Assembly (NCBI GenBank): GCA_029238515.1
Contig: JAQWFW010000019.1
Coordinates: 12,717-76,716 of the forward strand
Origin: Flavobacteriaceae bacterium
Lineage (GTDB): Bacteria; Bacteroidota; Bacteroidia; Flavobacteriales; Flavobacteriaceae
Direction: 5' to 3'
Length of the DNA: 64,000 nucleotides
The position numbers and the translations under genes are program-made. Position 1 is the stretch's first letter. Each line of letters starts with the position of its first letter. This document shows, piece after piece, positions 28,945 to 38,681 of the stretch. The notes beneath the pieces were generated by a model. The model was given only the letters and a program-made list of their open reading frames with translations. It was not told where the DNA came from and did no database searches.

Positions 28945-31620
28945 ATGAAAAATTCAACAAATCACTTTTTGACTCTCTCAGGTTTAGAACCTCTAGTCGT
29001 TTCTCCAGAAATAAATTTCATAAATGTTGGAGAACGTACTAATGTTACAGGGTCCAGAAGATTCTTGCGTTTAATCAAAGAAGAAAAATTTGATGAAGCC
29101 CTAGAAATAGCAAGAGATCAAGTTGAAGGTGGTGCCCAAATTATTGATGTCAATATGGACGAAGGAATGCTCGATGGCGTAGAAGCCATGACCACTTTTT
29201 TGAACCTCATTGCATCTGAACCAGATATTGCGCGGGTACCGGTTATGATCGATAGCTCAAAATGGGAGATTATTGAAGCTGGCTTACGTGTTGTACAAGG
29301 AAAATGTATTGTAAATTCCATCAGTTTAAAAGAAGGCGAAGAAGAATTTATCAGGCAAGCAAAACTTGTACTTCGATATGGTGCTGCTGTAATTGTTATG
29401 GCTTTTGATGAGCATGGACAAGCCGACAATTATGAACGTCGCATAGAAATTTGTGAGCGCTCCTACAGAATATTGGTCGATAGTGTTGGTTTTCCTCCGC
29501 AGGACATCATATTTGATCCAAATATTTTTCCTGTGGCTACAGGCATGGAAGAACATCGCAAAAATGCATTGGACTTTTTTAATGCAACAAAATGGATTCG
29601 TGAACACTTACCCTATGCAAACGTATCGGGAGGTGTGAGTAATGTATCTTTTTCATTTAGAGGAAACAATACAGTACGCGAAGCAATGCACTCTGCATTT
29701 TTATATCACGCAATAAAAAATGGTATGAACATGGGTATTGTAAATCCAACACTACTGGAAGTTTACGATGATATACCACAAGAATTATTAAAGCGAGTAG
29801 AAGATGTACTTTTAGACCGAAGAGATGATGCCACAGAACGTCTACTGGATTTCGCAGAAACCCTCAAAGGAAAGAAAAAAGAACACGATCATGCAGTTCA
29901 AGAATGGAGAAATGATGCCGTGCAAGAGCGTATCACACATGCTTTGGTAAAAGGTATTGATGCCTTTATTATTGAAGATGTTGAAGAAGCAAGACAATCT
30001 GTTTCAAGTCCAATTGAAGTCATTGAAGGACATCTAATGAAAGGAATGAATGTGGTAGGAGATTTGTTTGGAAGTGGAAAAATGTTCTTGCCACAAGTAG
30101 TAAAATCGGCACGGGTAATGAAAAAAGCAGTGGCCTATTTGCAACCTTTTATAGAAGCTGAAAAAGATGGTGCTGCACAATTTGCAGGTAAAATATTAAT
30201 GGCAACCGTAAAAGGCGATGTGCATGATATTGGTAAAAATATTGTCAGTGTTGTATTGGGGTGCAATAACTATGAAATTATAGACCTTGGCGTGATGGTA
30301 CCCCCGGAAAAAATCATTGAAACAGCCAAAAAAGAACAAGTAGATGCTATAGGACTAAGTGGATTGATTACACCTTCCTTAGACGAGATGGTTTATGTGT
30401 CAAAATCAATGGAAAAAGAAGCACTAGACATCCCATTGCTCATAGGAGGAGCTACCACATCAAAAGCACATTCAGCAGTAAAAATTGCACCTAATTACAG
30501 CCATAGCGTAGTGCATGTAAATGATGCCTCACGTGCCGTAACTGTAGTAGGAAACTTACTTAAAAAGGATAACAGCAACTACAAAGCACAAATTCGAGAT
30601 GAATACAAAAAATTTAGAGAACAATTTCTTTCTAGAACAAAACGTAAAGAATACATTTCTATTGAACAAGCTCGAAAAAATAAATTAAAAATCGATTGGA
30701 ATTCAACTCAAATTGTGACCCCAAAAACACTAGGCCCACAGACCATAGAAAATTTTGACCTCAAAACACTAGAACCATATATAGACTGGTCGCCATTTTT
30801 TAGAAGTTGGGATTTACACGGCAAATATCCAGAAATTCTAAACGATGAGGTTGTTGGCAAACAAGCAACAGAACTCTTTCAAGATGCGCAAAAACTATTG
30901 AAAAAAGTGTTGGATCAAAAACTACTAAAAGCGAAAGCTGTATATGGTATTTTCCCAGCAAATACAGTAAACCACGACGATATAGAATTGACCTACGGCG
31001 ATAAGCAATTCAATTTTTTAACGCTTCGGCAGCAGTTAAAAAAACGCCAAGGAGTCCCCAATATCGCTTTAGCAGATTTTATTGCACCAAAAGAACTTGG
31101 AAAGCAAGATTACATGGGATGTTTTTGTGTGTCGACTGGCTTTGGAACCCAAGCTCTTGCACAACAATTTGAAGCAGAACTCGACGATTATAATTCAATT
31201 ATGATCAAAGCATTAGCCGATAGATTAGCTGAAGCATTTGCAGAATATCTTCATGAATTTGTGCGAAAAAATACTTGGGGTTATGCATCAGAGGAGTATT
31301 TAAATAATGAAGAATTAATAAAAGAAACTTATAAAGGCATTCGGCCAGCACCAGGGTATCCCGCATGCCCAGATCATTTAGAAAAAAATACTATTTGGAA
31401 ACTTTTAAACGTAAAAGAAACCATCGGAGTGGAGCTTACAGAAAGCTTGGCCATGTGGCCGGCAGCTAGTGTAAGTGGTTATTATTTTGCACATCCAGAA
31501 TCAAAATATTTTGGCTTAGGAAAAATAACCGACGACCAATTAAAAGACTACAGCCAACGAAGAGAAATTGATTTGGACCAAGCAAAAAAATGGCTTAACC
31601 CAAACCTTATAAACGAATAA
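28945..31620 (+). CDS. metH: Methionine synthase, pterin-binding + B12-binding + AdoMet-activation modules
   Basis: 891 aa. [19 protein letters not shown] (pterin domain start), cobalamin motif GDVHDIGKN, activation domain [12 protein letters not shown]. Confidence 0.95.
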   Translation: MKNSTNHFLTLSGLEPLVVSPEINFINVGERTNVTGSRRFLRLIKEEKFDEALEIARDQVEGGAQIIDVNMDEGMLDGVEAMTTFLNLIASEPDIARVPVMIDSSKWEIIEAGLRVVQGKCIVNSISLKEGEEEFIRQAKLVLRYGAAVIVMAFDEHGQADNYERRIEICERSYRILVDSVGFPPQDIIFDPNIFPVATGMEEHRKNALDFFNATKWIREHLPYANVSGGVSNVSFSFRGNNTVREAMHSAFLYHAIKNGMNMGIVNPTLLEVYDDIPQELLKRVEDVLLDRRDDATERLLDFAETLKGKKKEHDHAVQEWRNDAVQERITHALVKGIDAFIIEDVEEARQSVSSPIEVIEGHLMKGMNVVGDLFGSGKMFLPQVVKSARVMKKAVAYLQPFIEAEKDGAAQFAGKILMATVKGDVHDIGKNIVSVVLGCNNYEIIDLGVMVPPEKIIETAKKEQVDAIGLSGLITPSLDEMVYVSKSMEKEALDIPLLIGGATTSKAHSAVKIAPNYSHSVVHVNDASRAVTVVGNLLKKDNSNYKAQIRDEYKKFREQFLSRTKRKEYISIEQARKNKLKIDWNSTQIVTPKTLGPQTIENFDLKTLEPYIDWSPFFRSWDLHGKYPEILNDEVVGKQATELFQDAQKLLKKVLDQKLLKAKAVYGIFPANTVNHDDIELTYGDKQFNFLTLRQQLKKRQGVPNIALADFIAPKELGKQDYMGCFCVSTGFGTQALAQQFEAELDDYNSIMIKALADRLAEAFAEYLHEFVRKNTWGYASEEYLNNEELIKETYKGIRPAPGYPACPDHLEKNTIWKLLNVKETIGVELTESLAMWPAASVSGYYFAHPESKYFGLGKITDDQLKDYSQRREIDLDQAKKWLNPNLINE

Positions 31621-31621
31621 A

Positions 31622-32575
31622 ATGAAAATAATAGACCACATAAAACAAGCAAAAGACGAAACATTATTCTCTTTTGAAATTATTCCGCCAAAAAAAGGGA
31701 ACAATATTCAAGAGCTATACAGCAATATTGATCCACTTATAGAATTTGATCCTCCATTCATTGACGTTACTACATCCAGAGAAGAGTATGTCTATATCGA
31801 TAAAGATGGATTGTTAGACCGTAAAATTACAAGAATGCGACCAGGAACTTTAGGGATTTGTGCGGCCATAAAACACAAATATAATATCGATACTGTACCT
31901 CATGTTTTGTGTGGAGGTTTCACAAAAGAAGAAACAGAATATCTACTGGTAGATTGTCATTATCTTGGGATAGATAATGTCATGGCATTACGAGGAGATG
32001 CCATGAGTCATCAAAAATATTTCCAACCTACAAAAGGAGGACATAGCTATGCCAAAGAGTTAGTAAATCAAATTCAGAACTTGAATAAAGGAAAATATTT
32101 GCATGATGTAACAGAAGTAGACCATAAATCAGACTTTTGTATAGGGGTTGCTGGTTATCCCGAAAAACACATTGAAGCCCCCTCGTTACAAACAGATTTA
32201 AAACGGTTAAAAGAAAAAGTAGATGCTGGTGCAGATTATGTAGTGACTCAAATGTTTTTTGATAATAAAAAATACTTCGAATTTGTTGCTGCTGCACGAG
32301 CGGCAAAAATTGAAGTCCCCATAATTCCCGGGCTCAAACCTTTGTCAACATTAAAGCATCTTCAACTTTTGCCACATGCTTTCAAGGTCGACTTACCAGA
32401 GCCACTAATTGAAGCCGTTTCGTCTTGTAAAAACAACAAAGCTGTTCGTCAAGTTGGAATAGAGTGGTGTATAGAACAGTCCAAAGAACTTTTAGCAGCA
32501 AATGTCCCCGTATTGCATTATTATTCAATGGGCAAAAGTGATAATATTAAAGCCATTTTTTCTGCGTTAAAGTGA
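31622..32575 (+). CDS. metF: 5,10-methylenetetrahydrofolate reductase
   Basis: 317 aa. FSFEIIPPKKG and GADYVVTQMFFD are MTHFR family motifs. Starts 1 nt after metH. Confidence 0.9.
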   Translation: MKIIDHIKQAKDETLFSFEIIPPKKGNNIQELYSNIDPLIEFDPPFIDVTTSREEYVYIDKDGLLDRKITRMRPGTLGICAAIKHKYNIDTVPHVLCGGFTKEETEYLLVDCHYLGIDNVMALRGDAMSHQKYFQPTKGGHSYAKELVNQIQNLNKGKYLHDVTEVDHKSDFCIGVAGYPEKHIEAPSLQTDLKRLKEKVDAGADYVVTQMFFDNKKYFEFVAAARAAKIEVPIIPGLKPLSTLKHLQLLPHAFKVDLPEPLIEAVSSCKNNKAVRQVGIEWCIEQSKELLAANVPVLHYYSMGKSDNIKAIFSALK

Positions 32576-32661
32576 TTCAATAAGCTAAATTAATTTAGTT
32601 TTAACTTAAATTCTCAGAGCAATATATTTTATATGCGTAATTTTGCCAAAAATTACAGTGC

Positions 32662-33639
32662 TTGAAAATCATTGAACGCATAAAACAACCCATCAGTTAT
32701 GAGATGGAACTCTTCGAAAAAAAGTTTCGTCTTTCGATGTCTAGTAAAGTTGCTTTACTAAATCGAATCACGCACTATATCGTAAATCGAAAAGGAAAAC
32801 AGATGCGTCCTATGTTTGTTTTTCTTACCGCAAAAATGGTTTCCAATGGTCAACTCAATGAACGAACCTTTCGCGGAGCTTCTGTTATAGAGCTGATTCA
32901 TACCGCAACTTTGGTGCACGACGATGTGGTAGACGACAGTAATCATCGTCGTGGTTTTTTCTCCATCAATGCGTTATGGAAAAATAAAATTGCAGTCTTG
33001 GTTGGCGATTTTCTCTTATCAAAAGGATTACTTTTTTGTATTGATAACAATGATTTTGATTTGCTAAAAATAATTTCTGTTGCCGTTCGTGAAATGAGTG
33101 AAGGGGAGTTGTTACAGATAGAAAAAGCACGAAAACTAGACATTACAGAAGAAGTATATTACGAAATTATTCGTCAGAAAACAGCAACGCTTATTGCTGC
33201 ATGTTGTAGTTTGGGTGCTGCCTCCATAAAACCTCATTCCAATGAGGTTGAAACCATGAGAAAATTTGGCGAACTCATAGGCATGGCCTTTCAAATCAAA
33301 GATGATTTGTTTGACTATGGAAATGAAAAAATTGGAAAACCCACAGGAATAGATATTAAAGAACAAAAAATGACACTTCCTTTGATTCATGTGCTGAATA
33401 ATTGCTCAAAAAAAGAGCATGATTGGCTCATTAATTCCATTAAAACCCACAACAAAAATCCCAAACGCGTTAAAGAAGTTATTGCTTTCGTAAAACAACA
33501 AGGTGGATTGGATTATGCAGTTTCAAAAATGAAACAATTTCAAAAAGAAGCCCTTCAACTTATTGAACATTACCCAAAATCGGAATATAAAGATGCCCTT
33601 ATTTTGATGGTCAACTATGTTATTGACCGCAATAAATAG
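32662..33639 (+). CDS. Long-chain polyprenyl diphosphate synthase (IspB-like)
   Basis: 325 aa with a TTG start. First and second Asp-rich motifs LVHDDVVDD and QIKDDLFDY. TAATTTTG (32638-32645) lies 16 nt upstream. Confidence 0.85.
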   Translation: MKIIERIKQPISYEMELFEKKFRLSMSSKVALLNRITHYIVNRKGKQMRPMFVFLTAKMVSNGQLNERTFRGASVIELIHTATLVHDDVVDDSNHRRGFFSINALWKNKIAVLVGDFLLSKGLLFCIDNNDFDLLKIISVAVREMSEGELLQIEKARKLDITEEVYYEIIRQKTATLIAACCSLGAASIKPHSNEVETMRKFGELIGMAFQIKDDLFDYGNEKIGKPTGIDIKEQKMTLPLIHVLNNCSKKEHDWLINSIKTHNKNPKRVKEVIAFVKQQGGLDYAVSKMKQFQKEALQLIEHYPKSEYKDALILMVNYVIDRNK

Positions 33640-33738
33640 CATTATAACACAAGCCAAACTTCTTTTTTCTTTTTACTAGTGAAGATTTTATATCTTTACA
33701 ATTCGACAAATTTTTATTCATCAAATAAGCCCATTTAA

Positions 33739-35694
33739 TTGATATCAAAAGCAACCATAGATCAGGTGTTCGACATGGCTCGTGTAGAGGAGGTCATTGG
33801 TGATTTCGTACAATTAAAAAAAGCGGGGAGTAATTTCAAGGGGCTTAGCCCTTTTAGTGAAGAGCGTACACCAAGTTTTATGGTTTCTCCTGTCAAACAA
33901 ATTTGGAAAGATTTTTCTACTGGTAAAGGGGGTACAGTAGTTTCTTTTTTGATGGAGCACGAGCATTTTACTTATCCAGAAGCCATTAAATATCTGGCCA
34001 AAAAATATAACATTGAAATTGAAGAAACCGTTCAGTCTGATGCCGAAAAAGAAGCAGCAGGTGAGCGAGAAAGTATGTATTTGGTGAGTGAATATGCCAA
34101 CACTTATTTTCAAAATATACTGCACAAAACCGATGCAGGAAAAGCCATTGGTTTAAGTTATTTCAAAGAACGCGGATTTACCGATGACACTATCAATAAA
34201 TTCCAATTAGGATATTCATTAGACGAGTGGAGTGGTTTTACAGATGCAGCTGTAAAAAAAGGATATCAACTAAAATATTTAGAAAAAACAGGGCTGACCA
34301 TTGTCAAAGAAGAAAAACAATTTGATCGCTTCAAGGGCCGAGTGATGTTTCCTATCCACAGCATGTCTGGGCGTGTTTTGGGATTTGGTGGACGTATTTT
34401 GGCGAAAAATGAAAAAGCAGCCAAATATCTAAATTCTCCTGAAAGTGATATTTACCATAAAAGCAAAGTACTTTATGGTATTTATTATGCCAAACAAACC
34501 ATTGCCAAAGAAGACAACTGCTATTTAGTTGAGGGCTATACAGACGTGATTCAATTTCATCAAACAGGCATCAAAAATGTGGTATCATCTTCGGGTACTG
34601 CTTTAACTTCAGATCAAATTCGCCTCATCAATCGTCTAACCAAAAATATTACGGTTCTTTTTGACGGTGATGCAGCAGGAATTCGTGCCTCATTGCGCGG
34701 AATTGATTTGATTTTGGAACAAGGCATGAATGTAAAGGTCTGTACGTTTCCTCAAGGAGAAGACCCCGATAGCTTTGCCAAACAGAACACGCTGGAAGAA
34801 CTGCAAAAATATCTTAAAGATAATGCCAAAGACTTTATTGCCTATAAAGCTTCATTGCTTATGGAGGAGGCAAACAACGACCCCATTGCTAAGGCAGAGT
34901 TGATTCGTGATATGGTAACCAGTATCTCCAAAATTGCCGATCAAATAAAGCAAGAACTTTACATCCGCGAATGTGCCAGAATTATGGACATTAGTGAGGA
35001 AGTTCTCTTTAGCACATTGGCACAAATGAGCAAAAAAGCCCAATTGGATGCCAGTAAAACCGCACAAAAGAAAAAGAAAGCTTTTGATGTTGTCAAAGCA
35101 ACAACACCTACCAAAAAGGTTGATGTTCAATATGAATTAGAACAAAAAATCATCGAAATTTTATTGTTGTATGGCAGTCGAACAGAGGATTTCGAAGATT
35201 TAATTTTAAAAGAGAACGATGAAGGTGATTTAGTTCTTGAACCCGTTATTCATAAAGCTAAAGTTTTTGAAAAAATCTACTTAGATCTTCAAGAAGATGA
35301 AATGCAATTTGGGAACGAAAATTTTAAAACCATTTACTATTTGATTATTGATTACTTGAACCAAAATGAAACGTTCAGTATAGAAAATTTCATGCATGAA
35401 CTCGACCCAAAGTTGGTTCCTTTCGTCTCTGATATTTTGATGAATGACGAGCGGTATAGACTTCATAATTGGGAAAAAAATAATATTTTTCCAAAGCGAA
35501 AAGATTTCAATGTAGCACAATTGGTCAGTGAAACAATATTGAATCTGCGCTGTTTTTTAATTGATCTAAAAGTGAATGAGTTTAAAGCAGCTACTCATGA
35601 AAATTCGTCAGATCATACTAGTGTTTTGGAAGATGTTTTGAATTATTCTAACCTTAAAAGATTGCTTTCAAGAAAACTCAACAGAGTACTTTAG
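33739..35694 (+). CDS. dnaG: DNA primase
   Basis: 651 aa with a TTG start. Zinc-binding-domain-like N-terminus (FKGLSPFSEERTPSFMVSP), RNA polymerase core, and TOPRIM (YLVEGYTDV, VLFDGDAAG). The four canonical Zn ligands are substituted (see findings). Confidence 0.9.
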   Translation: MISKATIDQVFDMARVEEVIGDFVQLKKAGSNFKGLSPFSEERTPSFMVSPVKQIWKDFSTGKGGTVVSFLMEHEHFTYPEAIKYLAKKYNIEIEETVQSDAEKEAAGERESMYLVSEYANTYFQNILHKTDAGKAIGLSYFKERGFTDDTINKFQLGYSLDEWSGFTDAAVKKGYQLKYLEKTGLTIVKEEKQFDRFKGRVMFPIHSMSGRVLGFGGRILAKNEKAAKYLNSPESDIYHKSKVLYGIYYAKQTIAKEDNCYLVEGYTDVIQFHQTGIKNVVSSSGTALTSDQIRLINRLTKNITVLFDGDAAGIRASLRGIDLILEQGMNVKVCTFPQGEDPDSFAKQNTLEELQKYLKDNAKDFIAYKASLLMEEANNDPIAKAELIRDMVTSISKIADQIKQELYIRECARIMDISEEVLFSTLAQMSKKAQLDASKTAQKKKKAFDVVKATTPTKKVDVQYELEQKIIEILLLYGSRTEDFEDLILKENDEGDLVLEPVIHKAKVFEKIYLDLQEDEMQFGNENFKTIYYLIIDYLNQNETFSIENFMHELDPKLVPFVSDILMNDERYRLHNWEKNNIFPKRKDFNVAQLVSETILNLRCFLIDLKVNEFKAATHENSSDHTSVLEDVLNYSNLKRLLSRKLNRVL

Positions 35695-36311
35695 GTTTTT
35701 TGTCGGCCCAAATCAATCAAAGAAATCAAATTGGTTACATTTAACTTTTCCATCAGCCGAGATTTATAGGTGCTTACTGTTTTTGGGTTGATGTTTAGTT
35801 CATCTGCGATTTCATTGTTTTTCTTTCCATTGCAAATCAGCTTCAAAACTTCAATTTCACGCATAGAAAGCTTGTGGTACAAATCTGTATCGTTTTGATT
35901 CTTGTCAAAAGTTAATTTCTGAGCCATAGCATTAGTGACGTACATTCCCCCTTTATATACTTTAAGGATGGCCTTTTTGATGGTGCTCGTTGTTGCTGTT
36001 TTCGATAAAAATCCTGATGCCCCAGCCCTTATTCCGCTTGATGCGTAAATATTTTCTGGTTGAGCAGTAAAAATAATCACCCGAACATTGTTGTAATTTT
36101 TTTTTATGGTTCTTAAAATTGTAATACCATTTTTGTCGGGCAAATCCATAGACATTAATACAAGGTCTACATTACCTTTTTTTAAGTAATTGATGAGTTG
36201 CTTAGCAGTATTGACGGTACTCACAATTTTGATATCATTGGAGTTTTCAAAAAGCATTCGGATTCCATAATTTACAATCGGTTGATGATCTGCTACAAGA
36301 ACCCTTATCAT
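35691..36311 (-). CDS. NarL/LuxR-family response regulator
   Basis: 206 aa. REC domain (IRVLVADHQP, LVLMSMDLPDKNG, K in FLSKT) plus a LuxR-type HTH (LSMREIEVLKLICNGKKNNEIADELNINPKTVSTYKSRL). Confidence 0.85.
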   Translation of the reverse strand: MIRVLVADHQPIVNYGIRMLFENSNDIKIVSTVNTAKQLINYLKKGNVDLVLMSMDLPDKNGITILRTIKKNYNNVRVIIFTAQPENIYASSGIRAGASGFLSKTATTSTIKKAILKVYKGGMYVTNAMAQKLTFDKNQNDTDLYHKLSMREIEVLKLICNGKKNNEIADELNINPKTVSTYKSRLMEKLNVTNLISLIDLGRQKT

Positions 36312-36314
36312 GAC

Positions 36315-37106
36315 TTATTGTTTCAAAGTTTCTGGAATCATACACACAGGAATTGGATTCATTTTGTGTGCATTGGCGGTATTGAATCGGTTGAAAATCG
36401 CAAAAACTTCTTTTTTTCTACCTTCAAAATCATTTTCATTTCTACCCTTATCTTTCATGTTCATAGCCCATTCTAACTCGTCATATGAAGCACCAATTTG
36501 TGCCTCATCGGTACGTGCATCACCAAACAAACCATCGCTTGGCGCTGCCTCCATAATGCTTTTGGGAACTTTTAGCGTTGCACCTAAAGCATAAACTTCT
36601 GATTTTAATAAATCGGCAATTGGACTCAAATCTACACCGCCATCACCATATTTTGTGTAAAAACCAACCCCAAAATCTTCAACTTTATTACCGGTTCCAG
36701 CAACTAAAAATCCATGTAGTCCTGCATAGTAATAAAGGGTGGTCATCCGCAAGCGAGCGCGTGTGTTGGCCAAAGCCATATCTATTCTTTTTTGATCTTT
36801 ATTGATGTCTATTTTAGATTTTAGGGACTCAAAAACTGGGGTTAAATCTACCTGAGATGAGCGTACATTAGAAAAGTTATTTTTTAAAAAATGGATGTGT
36901 TCTTGAGCACGACTGACATGACTAGCTGCTTGATGTATGGGCATCTCCAAACACAACACATCCAAGCCAGTGTGCGCACAAAGTGTTGAGGTTACAGCTG
37001 AATCAATTCCTCCAGAAATACCAACCACAAATCCTTTAATTCCGGCCTTATCAGCATAGTTTTTTAACCAATCTGTAATGTGCTTCACGACAGCGTTTGT
37101 GTTCAT
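36315..37106 (-). CDS. nadE: Ammonia-dependent NAD(+) synthetase
   Basis: PP-loop GISGGIDSAV and NAD_synthase family motifs. The track start is 37157; I prefer the ATG at 37106 (MNTNAVVKHITDWL). A TATTTTTG -7-like box (complement of 37135-37142) would then lie upstream of the start rather than inside the gene. Confidence 0.85.
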   Translation of the reverse strand: MNTNAVVKHITDWLKNYADKAGIKGFVVGISGGIDSAVTSTLCAHTGLDVLCLEMPIHQAASHVSRAQEHIHFLKNNFSNVRSSQVDLTPVFESLKSKIDINKDQKRIDMALANTRARLRMTTLYYYAGLHGFLVAGTGNKVEDFGVGFYTKYGDGGVDLSPIADLLKSEVYALGATLKVPKSIMEAAPSDGLFGDARTDEAQIGASYDELEWAMNMKDKGRNENDFEGRKKEVFAIFNRFNTANAHKMNPIPVCMIPETLKQ

Positions 37107-37287
37107 ATATATGTTATAATTTATGGGTGTTGTACAAAAATAAACTATTCCTTTCATCTTTGAAACATTTTGACTCAGATTAGCAATAATTTAAATTTCA
37201 ATTAACATTTTGATGTGTAGGGGGCAGTATTTTTTTTAGTCTCTTGAGTTTTTATCCCCTAACTCGTTTCATTTTGATGTTTAGGTG

Positions 37288-37316
37288 TTGCATTAGCATG
37301 AGATTAATTACCTTTG
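37288..37316 (+). promoter_or_regulatory. Candidate promoter for gldB-gldC
   Basis: TTG at 37288-37290, an 18-nt spacer, then TACCTTTG at 37309-37316 (TAnnTTTG). The motif ends 25 nt upstream of the gldB ATG. Confidence 0.35.
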
Positions 37317-37341
37317 TAAAAGAATTTTCCAAAAAGAAAAA

Positions 37342-38328
37342 ATGGTTTTTAAAGATCGTTTATATCCAAAATGTTATGTTGTACTGAGCGCTCTTCTTCT
37401 GACGCTTTTAATGTCATGTGACAAAAATTCAAAACTCAAAAAAGAGGTTGAAGCTGTTCCAATGGAATTAAAAGTTGAACGTTTCGATAAAGTTTTTATG
37501 CAATCAACTAAAGAGAGCTTACCTAGTTTGAAAACACAATACCCCTTTTTGTTTCCTAAACAAACTCCTGATTCTATTTTTTTGGAACGTACACAAGACC
37601 CTATTCAAAAGTTGATTCAAAAGTCAGTTGACAGTGTTTTTTCAGATTTTGAACCTACGGAAGCAGGAGTAAAGTCGCTGTTCAAACACATTAAATATTA
37701 CAATCCCTCCTTTAAAAAACCACGCGTGATCACAGTATTTTCTGATGTTGATTACCGCAATAAAGTCATAGTTACCGATTCAATTGTTCTTATTGGGATT
37801 GATAATTATCTGGGTACCGATCACGAATTTTATAACAGTTTTTACAAATACATTAGAAAAAATTTAAAGAAAGATCAGATCGTAATGGATCTTGCGGATG
37901 CTTATGCATCTCGTTTTTTGAATCAACCGAGGCGACATACTTTCTTGGAAGAACTAATTTATCAGGGAAAAAAATTATACCTAAAAGACCTTTGGGTGCC
38001 TAATGCAACAGATCAAACAAAGGTAGGATACACCCCTGAGGAATTTTTGTGGACTCAAGACAATGAATTTTACATTTGGCAATATTTTGTCGAAAACGAA
38101 CTGCTGTATAGTACCGATGATAAACTTGTTGGACGTTTTATTGCACCAGCTCCTTTTTCGCGTTTCAATTTGGAACTCGATAGCGAATCGCCAGGTGCAA
38201 TAGGACAATACATCGGTTGGCAAATCGTTCGTTCGTACATGGAAAATAATGATACATCTGTCCTACAAATGCTTCAAATGAATGCGCAATCAATTTTTAA
38301 TAAAGCAAAATACAAACCCAGAAAATAA
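37342..38328 (+). CDS. gldB: Gliding motility lipoprotein GldB
   Basis: 328 aa with lipobox LLMSCDK. The nadE / gldB / gldC arrangement and gene sizes match what I recall for the F. johnsoniae gldBC locus. Confidence 0.75.
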   Translation: MVFKDRLYPKCYVVLSALLLTLLMSCDKNSKLKKEVEAVPMELKVERFDKVFMQSTKESLPSLKTQYPFLFPKQTPDSIFLERTQDPIQKLIQKSVDSVFSDFEPTEAGVKSLFKHIKYYNPSFKKPRVITVFSDVDYRNKVIVTDSIVLIGIDNYLGTDHEFYNSFYKYIRKNLKKDQIVMDLADAYASRFLNQPRRHTFLEELIYQGKKLYLKDLWVPNATDQTKVGYTPEEFLWTQDNEFYIWQYFVENELLYSTDDKLVGRFIAPAPFSRFNLELDSESPGAIGQYIGWQIVRSYMENNDTSVLQMLQMNAQSIFNKAKYKPRK

Positions 38329-38666
38329 TGGCTAAAACACACACATCAAGAATAGAATTGAATGTTGAATTGGATGAAAACCGTATCCCAGAAAAATTAA
38401 ATTGGACTGCAGAGGATGGGGGAATTTCCAATGCAGAAGCCAAAGCCATTTTCCTTTCTGTTTGGGATGCCAAAGCACAAGAATCTTTACGCATCGATTT
38501 GTGGACCAAAGACATGCCTGTTGATGAAATGAAGTTGTTTTTTCATCAAACTTTAGTAGCCATGAGTTCTACTTTTATGCGTGCCACACAAGACGAAAAA
38601 ATGACTGCAACGATGAAAGATTTTTGTGATTATTTCGCCGAAAAACTTGATTTAAAGAAAAATTAA
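38328..38666 (+). CDS. gldC: Gliding motility-associated protein GldC
   Basis: 112 aa soluble protein. Its ATG overlaps the gldB stop (TAATG). Confidence 0.7.
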   Translation: MAKTHTSRIELNVELDENRIPEKLNWTAEDGGISNAEAKAIFLSVWDAKAQESLRIDLWTKDMPVDEMKLFFHQTLVAMSSTFMRATQDEKMTATMKDFCDYFAEKLDLKKN

Positions 38667-38681
38667 TTTTAAGCCAAGTTT

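Noticed and set aside
28925-28950. The metH split as a frameshift pseudogene or assembly error
   Set aside because: The break sits exactly in the interdomain linker. The second ORF has its own ATG, and both parts keep intact ligand motifs. I kept it as a low-interest finding rather than calling a pseudogene.
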